A stretch of DNA of 64,000 nucleotides. Source: the human T2T-CHM13v2.0 reference genome, Homo sapiens. The stretch lies in the NCBI RefSeq assembly GCF_009914755.1, contig NC_060928.1; one strand, written 5' to 3'. A model generated the notes under the pieces. It was not told where the DNA came from. It saw nothing but the letters and a program-made list of their open reading frames with translations, and searched no databases. Of this stretch, positions 49,797-64,000 are shown one piece after another. Made by a program: the position numbers and the translations under genes. The stretch's first letter is position 1; every line of letters starts with the position of its first letter.

Positions 49797-50189
49797 TTAA
49801 AAGAGCAGCTAATAGCTGAAATGAAAAATTCAACAGAAGAGTTGAAGATAAAGTTCAAGAAAGTGTTAAGAAAACAGCAAAAAGACAGACGGAAAATAGA
49901 AGAGAAGATATAAGAAAAATAAAGGGAGCACACCTGAAGGTCTCACATATGAGTAATAAGGGTTCCAGGAAGAGAGCAAGGAGAAAATGAAGCAGAAAAA
50001 TCATTAGTAAAATAATTTAACAAAAATTTTTCACAACTGAAGACATGAATTGCTAGATGAAAAGGGCCCACCAAGTGCTCCTGCAAAATAGATTCTAGTA
50101 GAGCTACATTGAGCAACATCACTGTGAAGTTTCAGAACACTGGGGACAGAGATCCTATAAACTTGCAGAGAGAAAAATAGACTACTTAG

Positions 50190-50552
<363 letters not shown>

Positions 50553-50574
50553 GACCTTCAAAATTTTTCAGAGT

Positions 50575-50713
50575 CCAGGCACAGTGGCTCACACCTGTAA
50601 TCCCAGCACTTTGAAACACAAATATGGGAAGATCACTTGAGCCCAAGAGTTTAAGGGTGCAGTGAGCTATCATCATGCCATTGTATTTCAGCCTGGGCAA
50701 TAGAGCAAGACCC
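50575..50713 (+). mobile_element. Alu monomer (FAM/FRAM-like), tail displaced by LTR8 insertion
   Basis: Monomeric Alu; terminal TGTCT plus A-rich tail reappears at about 51766-51790. Confidence 0.7.
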
Positions 50714-51762
<1,049 letters not shown>

Positions 51763-51800
51763 ACACTGTCTTTACAAAAACAACAAAAATTCTTGAGTTA

Positions 51801-53064
<1,264 letters not shown>

Positions 53065-53234
53065 TTGGCTCTGTCTTAAAACAACAACAACAAAAACATT
53101 TTCAGACAATCAAGGTCTCAAAAACTTAATTCCCATGTACTCTTTCTCAAGAAGCTATTAAGGATATGCTCCCACCAAAATGAATGGAAAAAAAGAATTA
53201 AAAAAGAAGAAAACATGGTATGCTGGAGGTTTTT

Positions 53235-53372
53235 CTGCACTCTAATCTGTGTCATGGGAAGTTGACCATTATGGATTGTATTACAGATTCACGTGCCCTG
53301 TGGTTGTGTTCAGACAAGGAGAGCCACCAGCAAGAAATCTGGAGGACAGAATGACAAAGACAGAGTAGGGCC
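53235..53372. mobile_element. LTR33-like fragment
   Basis: GTTGACCATTATGGATTGTATT...GTGCCCTGTGG...GAGAGCCACCAGCAAGAAATCTGGAGG. Confidence 0.45.
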
Positions 53373-53580
53373 TTGTGAAATTTAAAAAACCTGTGAGGTA
53401 ACCAACACCCATTTTGTCACTCATTTCTCACTGACCTCTATCTTACTTTTGCTTTTCTTTCTTTCCTGTCTTCTTAGTCTGCTCCAACTTTCTTACTCTT
53501 CTCCCGCTCCTTCAATAAAGAAGCTTCAAAAGCAGTCTCCATCAGCATGCATAACCATGAATGGGGCAAATTGATCAAAA

Positions 53581-54313
<733 letters not shown>

Positions 54314-54877
54314 GTGCCATCCACCTGGTGAGAGACAGCTAGATTGCTTTCAATTCTCCACTTCACAAATATTTAAAAAAAAATTCATATGTGGCTTATG
54401 TAGATAATAATGCTATTCTGCAAATATTTCCAGACCTTTTACTCAGCACAGAGTAGGACTGCACTTCCTAGCTACTTATTTTCCCCTTGATGATAAGTGT
54501 GACGAAGAGACTACTTTGGTGGAGGAAATGTGAATTTAACTGATATGTATTACTTAAGGGTAAAAGCTCTCAGAACCCATGTAGAATTTTAATTAACTTT
54601 CAGATTACTAGTGAATGTCTTTGTCACTGAATTACCTATTAATATGCTTTACACATTTTTATTTTTTTTAAATTTTGGGTTGTTTTTGCTATATAGGATT
54701 TCTATGTCTACGCTGGGTCTGTGACAATTGAGCACTTGAAATGCAGCTAGAAATGAATTTTTCATTTCATTTCACTCCATTTAATTTAAATTTAAAACTG
54801 AAGCAGCATTTTGGTAAATGTACGTTTTACTTTAACTTATGTTAAGATATTGTTATTGTTTTATTATAGTACACATT

Positions 54878-54993
54878 TTTCTTATACATTATATATATTA
54901 TACATACATTATTTCTTATGTGTTATACATAATATTCTTATGTATTATACATAACATATTCTTATGTATTATTTCTTATGTATTATACATAAA
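54878..54993. repeat. AT-rich degenerate minisatellite
   Basis: About 4-5 copies of TTCTTATGTATTATACATAA-like units. Confidence 0.75.
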
Positions 54994-55129
54994 AACATCA
55001 CCAATGTAGCCAGTACCAATGGACTGATTTGGTTTGAATGATTTTTTTCTGTGAACTATGTAACACTGCAATGTGTTTATTTGAATATTTTGTGCAAACA
55101 ACAAGAGTTATAGTGATACCTACTTAAAC

Positions 55130-56872
<1,743 letters not shown>

Positions 56873-56875
56873 TCC

Positions 56876-57193
56876 TGTGATGGGCAGAATAATGCCCACT
56901 CTCAAAGATGTCCACATCCTAATAACCCAAAACAGTTAATAGGTTATGTGGCAAAGGAGAAGTAAGGGAGCAGATGGAATTAAGGCTGCTAATCAGCTGA
57001 CTTTAAAAAGAGAGATTATTCTATACTATCAAGGGGAGCCCAATATAGTCGTAAGGATTCATAAAAGTGGAAGAGCAGTCAGTTCTATGCCCAGAGTCCC
57101 AGCTACTGGGGAGGATGAGGTGAGAGGATTGCTTGAGCCAAGGAGTTCCAGGCCACTCTGGGCAATATAGCAAGACCCCATCTCACACAAATG

Positions 57194-57228
<35 letters not shown>

Positions 57229-57555
57229 ATAAGTGTGGGAGAGAGAGACAAAAAAGAAAACCAGAGAGGTAGCAGTGTGAGTGTGAGACGGACTCAACCA
57301 ACACTGCTGTCTTTGAACGTGGAAAAAAGGTGCCATGAGCCAACAAAAGCAGCTGTCCTCTAGAAAATGGGAGAGACAAGGAAATGCAGTCTCCCCTAGT
57401 CTCCAGAAGGAATGCAGCCCTGCTGACACCTTGATTTTAGCCTAGTGAGACTCATTTTGTGCTTCTGCTCTCTAGAACTATCAGATAATACATTTGTATT
57501 GTTTAAGCCCTTGTGTTTGCAGTGACTTGTTAGAGCTGCAATAGGAAACAAATTT
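56876..57555 (+). mobile_element. MLT1D-like MaLR LTR containing an Alu fragment and (GACA)n
   Basis: TGTGATGGGCAGAATAATG...AAAGATGTCCACATCCTAAT...GCTAATCAGCTGACTTTAAAA...CTCCAGAAGGAATGCAGCCCTGCTGACACCTTGATTTTAGCC...GCAATAGGAAAC. Confidence 0.88.
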
Positions 57556-57799
57556 AAACCATTAAACATAATTTTTAAAACATAAGAGATAAAAAATATT
57601 CTATTATAGTTACCCTATTTTTTCTCATTCCGTTGTTCTTTCTTTCTTTCTAAAGTTCTATGCCTGCTGCTATCATTTCCTTTGAAGAATATCCTTAGTC
57701 ATTCTTTAAAGGTAGGTCAACTGGTAATTCTCTTAGTTTCCTTCGTCTGAGAAGAAATTAAATTTAAATACCCAGTATTGTAACCATAATAAAATCATT

Positions 57800-58040
57800 T
57801 TTATTTTATTTTTTTAATTTTTTTCTTTGTTTTTATTATTATTATTATTACTATTATTATACTTTAAGTTTCAGGGTACATGTGCACAATGTGCGGGTTA
57901 GTTACATATGTATACATGTGCCATGCTGGTGTGCTGCACCCATTAACTCGTCATTTAGCATTAGGTATATCTCGTGCTAACCCTCCCCCCTCCCCCCACC
58001 TCACAACAGTCCCCAGAGTGTGATGTTCCCCTTCCTGTGT
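57800..58040 (-). mobile_element. Young L1PA (PA2/3-like) 3' end
   Basis: ATACTTTAAGTTTCAGGGTACATGTGCACAATGTG...GTTAGTTACATATG...CATGCTGGTGTGCTGCACCCATTAACTCGTCATTTAGCATTAGG...GTTCCCCTTCCTGTGT. Confidence 0.92.
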
Positions 58041-58151
58041 AGCTTAAAAATGAACCAAATTTAAATATAAAATGAATGCATACCACTAATGCAGAATAAA
58101 GTGGAGATACAGAAACTAGTACTACAACTGGGCTATTAAAAGAAAAGGACT

Positions 58152-58856
<705 letters not shown>

Positions 58857-59020
58857 TTAAGCAATAAATTAGACAATATTAAGAGACATTTTAAGTAAAT
58901 ACATAATGAATTTGGTAAGACATTTCCCCTTGGAAGTCAAAAAAGAAATCAAAATTGTAGTTCAAAATAGGAGTTGAATATACGACCAAAAAATCCTTAA
59001 TGCTTCTTAACAGGATCTGA

Positions 59021-59344
<324 letters not shown>

Positions 59345-59381
59345 TAATTTTAGACAGCTAAAAGATGTGTTGGATTCTTAC

Positions 59382-59486
59382 AGAAAGAAAGGAGGGAGGG
59401 GAGGAAGGAAACAGAAAAGGAAGGAAGGAAGGAAGGAAGGGAGGGAGGGAGGGAGGGAGGGAGGGAGGGAGGGGAAAGGGAGGGAT
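59382..59486. repeat. Purine-rich (GGAA)n/(GGGA)n tract
   Basis: GGAAGGAAGG...GGGAGGGAGGGAGGGAGGGAGGGAGGGAGGG. Confidence 0.9.
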
Positions 59487-59749
59487 GAAAAATGAAAGTC
59501 ATTTTAAGTCAGATAGTAAAACAAATTATTTCAGTTGTGGAAATTTTGCTAGAAAATTATGAGAAAAAGACTAAAGAAGATATTTTACAAAAAGTGAAAG
59601 ACCTTCAACTAAGCCATTAAAAAATGGCCCATAGATTACAAGAACTTTCCAACGATACAGTATCAAAGATCAATTGATTAACAATTTAAAAAATTACAAG
59701 TACTTTTCTTTAGCTTTAAAATGGATGATGTGATATAAGAGACAATGTC

Positions 59750-60039
<290 letters not shown>

Positions 60040-60375
60040 TGACAATGTCTATTAATACTTTGGGTATATTTGTGTCTCAAAGGACTTCCAAAACTATGAA
60101 GTTTTATTAAATTTGAATTAAAAACACCTAAATTTCTGGAGCAGTTTTTCATCTTTTATAACCATCAAAGAAGAATTTGTGCCTATAATGACAGATGGTG
60201 GCCCATATATGTTAGGTAAAAATCCAGATTTGTTGGAATGGTAAGACAAGAGATTTCTATTTCATTTATTGCTTTGTTCCACTGTATGATATGTATTGAA
60301 AATCTTTGTGCTCAGTTTTTTAAAGCACACCATATGAAAACTGTTATGGAGTACAATTACTTTAAAGTCATTTAG

Positions 60376-60671
60376 GGCCAGGCGTGGTGCCTCACACCTG
60401 TAATCCCAGCACTTTGGGAGGCCAAGGCAGGCAGATCACCTGAAGTCAGGTGTTCAAGATCAGCCTGGCCAACATGGTGAAACCCAGTCTCTACTAAAAA
60501 TACAAAAATTAGCTCGGCATGGTGGCGGGTGCCTGTAATCCCAGCTATTCGGGAGGCTAAGGCAGGAGAATCGCTTGAGCCCAGGAGGCAGAGGTTTCAG
60601 TGAGCCGAGATCGCATCACTTCACTCCAATCTGGGTGACACAGCAAGACTGCCTCTAAATAAATAAATAAA
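60376..60671 (+). mobile_element. Alu (AluS-like)
   Basis: TSD GTCATTTAG. Confidence 0.94.
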
Positions 60672-60695
60672 TGTCATTTAGTATCTATACACTAA

Positions 60696-61138
<443 letters not shown>

Positions 61139-61380
61139 AAGAATTTTTAGAAAGTACTTTTAACTCCAATTTAATATGTTCCTGAATTGGAAGGAATATT
61201 CAATAATCAAAGACAAAATGACAATATGATTTATGTTTTCTCACAGATATCACACTACATATGAAAGAGCTAAATTTTAAACTCCAAAAGAAAGGAAGAG
61301 CTTATTAGTGATTTAGCCAGACAGGAACAACAATTTATGTTGAAATTGAAACTCTTCATAATAAAAATCAGAAACAATGA

Positions 61381-61685
<305 letters not shown>

Positions 61686-61789
61686 AGAATGGTTTTAGTT
61701 TTTAATGTGACTAAAAATTTTAAATTACATATGTGACTCACATTTCATTTCTAGTGGACAGCACTGATGTAAATATTATCCTTTGTTTT

Positions 61790-62240
61790 TGATGCTGCAA
61801 CTATCTTCTCCTTGTCTATTAACTTTGTTTTTGGTAACCTTTGCTGAAAAAAATGCTGTAACATTAATGTAGCTAAGTCATCAATTTTCCACTTATTGTT
61901 TGTACTTCAATGGTTTAATAAACTCCACAAAGATAATTCTTTATTTTCTTCTTCTGGTTCTGAATACTCACCTGTCTCATTTAGGTCTTTAATTCATTTA
62001 GAGTCCATCTTTCTATAGTGTAACGTAAAAGTCCAGCTTTTTCTCCAGATGATGAGCCAGTTTTCCCAATACTATATTCTAAACAAGGCATTCTTTTCCA
62101 TTTTTACCACATTTATTGTATATCAAATTCCCATATGCACACAGATCTATTTCTGAACTCTCCCTCTGTTCCGTTCATCTGTTCCTACACCAGAACCACA
62201 CTGCTTTTGCTTTGTAATATTCCTCAATAACTAGTAGGTT
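61790..62240 (-). mobile_element. Old antisense L1 ORF2 fragment (L1ME-type)
   Basis: CATTTAGGTCTTTAATTCATTTAGAGT...CCAGTTTTCCCAATAC...TCTATTTCTGAACTCTC...CTGTTCC...CCAGAACCACACTG. Confidence 0.7.
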
Positions 62241-62612
62241 GAATCACTCATTCGTATGCTGATATAAATATATCAGCCTAAAACATCCCAACAAAAGTTT
62301 CTTTACTTTCCCTTTGCTTTATCTTATCGGCTATAGAGTTTGGCCTTTTAAGTAATATTAATAAATATTGCCATTAGAACTTTCTTTGACTGCCTTTTCT
62401 TTAAGGATGTTTTTCTCAGTAGATCTTTTAGAGCTGTGATAGAGTTAAAAACTCATCTGCTCATATCTGATAAACCACATGGATGATGAGCAAACCTCTA
62501 GTGAGCACCTGCTATTGCAACTGTCTCTTGCATCAGTTAGAGTTCTTTGGCTTCCACTGATAAAAATCAGTGGAGGAAAAGCTGAACAGCCAGGATTCAA
62601 GAAGAACAAGAA

Positions 62613-63472
62613 TCAATGTTGGCTACTCTTACCTTCTCTTACTCAATAAGACATGAGTTCTTCAAACTCTTCCTCTCATACCTGTTTACTTTTTTTTTTT
62701 TTTAAACTGGTTTCTTGAGAAAAAAAAAAAAAGAGAAAGGACAGATGTTTTACCTCTTTCCTAACCACGTGGTATCTTCAGTCTCATATTATTGTTATTA
62801 ATATTTATTATACCAGACAGACAGCTCTGGGGATAAAGGAATCGATAGCTAGTGTTTCCAAGGGAAATGGATCAGCTGTAATCATTTCCCTTCTTTGCAT
62901 CATTCCACTTATAAATCAGTTTTTAGGAGATGGAATAAGATTTAGACCAAAGCAGGTTCCCCTAGCATGGGCACTAAAGGATCACTCTCTTATTTGGTGC
63001 CATCGTTGTTTTCCAAAATTCAATTACATTTTAACCATGTAACTCTCTCATTCAGACACTTTAAGCAACTTTCAGTGTCTACAAATTAAATACAGATTCC
63101 TTAGCGTGGCATTCAAGGTCTTCCTAATATGACCACGACTTGCCCTTGTAGGCATATCCTATACTTTCCCATCTTCAGGCTTTTGTTGTGTTATTTCTTC
63201 TTTGTGAAACACCTTTGCCTTTGGAAATTCTACCAGTGTCTTAAGGCGTATTTCAAATGCCACATCCTCAATGTTGGCTATCTAACCTTCTCCCACTCAA
63301 TAAGACATGAGCTGTCCTTCAAACTCTTTCTCTCATACCTGTTTTACCTTTTTCTAAAACAAAAAACAAACAAACAACAACAAAAAAATGGTTTCTTGAG
63401 AAAGGACAGATGTTTTACCTCTTTCTTACCATGTGGTGTCTTCAGTCTCATATTATTGTCATTAATATTTAT
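62613..63472. repeat. Diverged direct repeat, about 200 bp (62613-62811 and 63268-63472)
   Basis: Shared blocks TCAATGTTGGCTA, ACTCAATAAGACATGAG, CTCTCATACCTGTTT, TGGTTTCTTGAGAAA, GGACAGATGTTTTACCTCTTTC, TCTTCAGTCTCATATTATTGT. Confidence 0.93.
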
Positions 63473-64000
63473 TATATTATCTATTCTCTGAGCAGCCCTT
63501 GCATCCTTCTCCTTCCCTTTTTGCTTGTTACCCAGAGTTGGCTTCTGTTGCCTGCAACTAAAGAACCATGATATAATTTTTTGGTCTCTTTTAATTAGTT
63601 TAGACAATTAGACTCCTGCACATTTCTGTCACACTTGCTTGTTGTGGTTTATTCTTGACTGAATCTTTATGAAAGACACAAAATTAGAAGTTTTTAAAAA
63701 ATGTTTTTTCCGTCTGCATTTGGTAGGGTATAGGGATTAAGGCTGGAAATCAGGGTAGGGTAAGGGGCACAAAACACAAATAGAAAAGACAGAGGAAGAG
63801 AACAGAATAAACGAAGGGGTAAGTTTTTAAAATATGTTGAAGTGCCCTCCCCTCAGAGAGATTAGATCAGGTAGAAGCAACAGTTTGAGAACTGATGCAA
63901 GGCTGAAAAATGGGTACTGGGGGGTGGGAGTGAGGTGAGAAATGTAGTGAATGGCCAAGGCTTTAAGAATTTTTAAATCCTTTGGAGAGGAAAATGAATG

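Overview
Primate (human-like) non-coding DNA, mostly interspersed repeats. I count about 53 Alu or Alu-monomer copies (roughly a quarter of the window). Also present: a near full-length decayed L1MA4-like LINE (about 1.5-7.8 kb), several other L1, L2 and MIR fragments, and solo LTRs (MER31/67-like, MER4A1-like, LTR18A-like, LTR8-like, MLT1/MST, LTR33-like). DNA transposon fossils are MER20, MER104-like, MER30 and a fragmented Charlie5-like hAT element with recognisable transposase motifs. I find no supportable host protein-coding exon, RNA gene or CRISPR array. The long ORFs in the track are Alu, L1 or low-complexity artefacts. Most notable: (i) a CpG-rich, promoter-like solo LTR inserted in an Alu (49141-49486, minus strand), 2.2 kb from a 349-nt purine-only tract with 13 consecutive GGAA; (ii) the hAT transposase fossil; (iii) templated or fold-back insertion scars at 4.6 kb and 30.3 kb; (iv) a diverged 200-bp local duplication at 62.6/63.3 kb. 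Repeat family names come from my memory of consensus sequences, not from a database search. Boundaries of old elements are approximate. I cannot claim a new biological system from this sequence alone.
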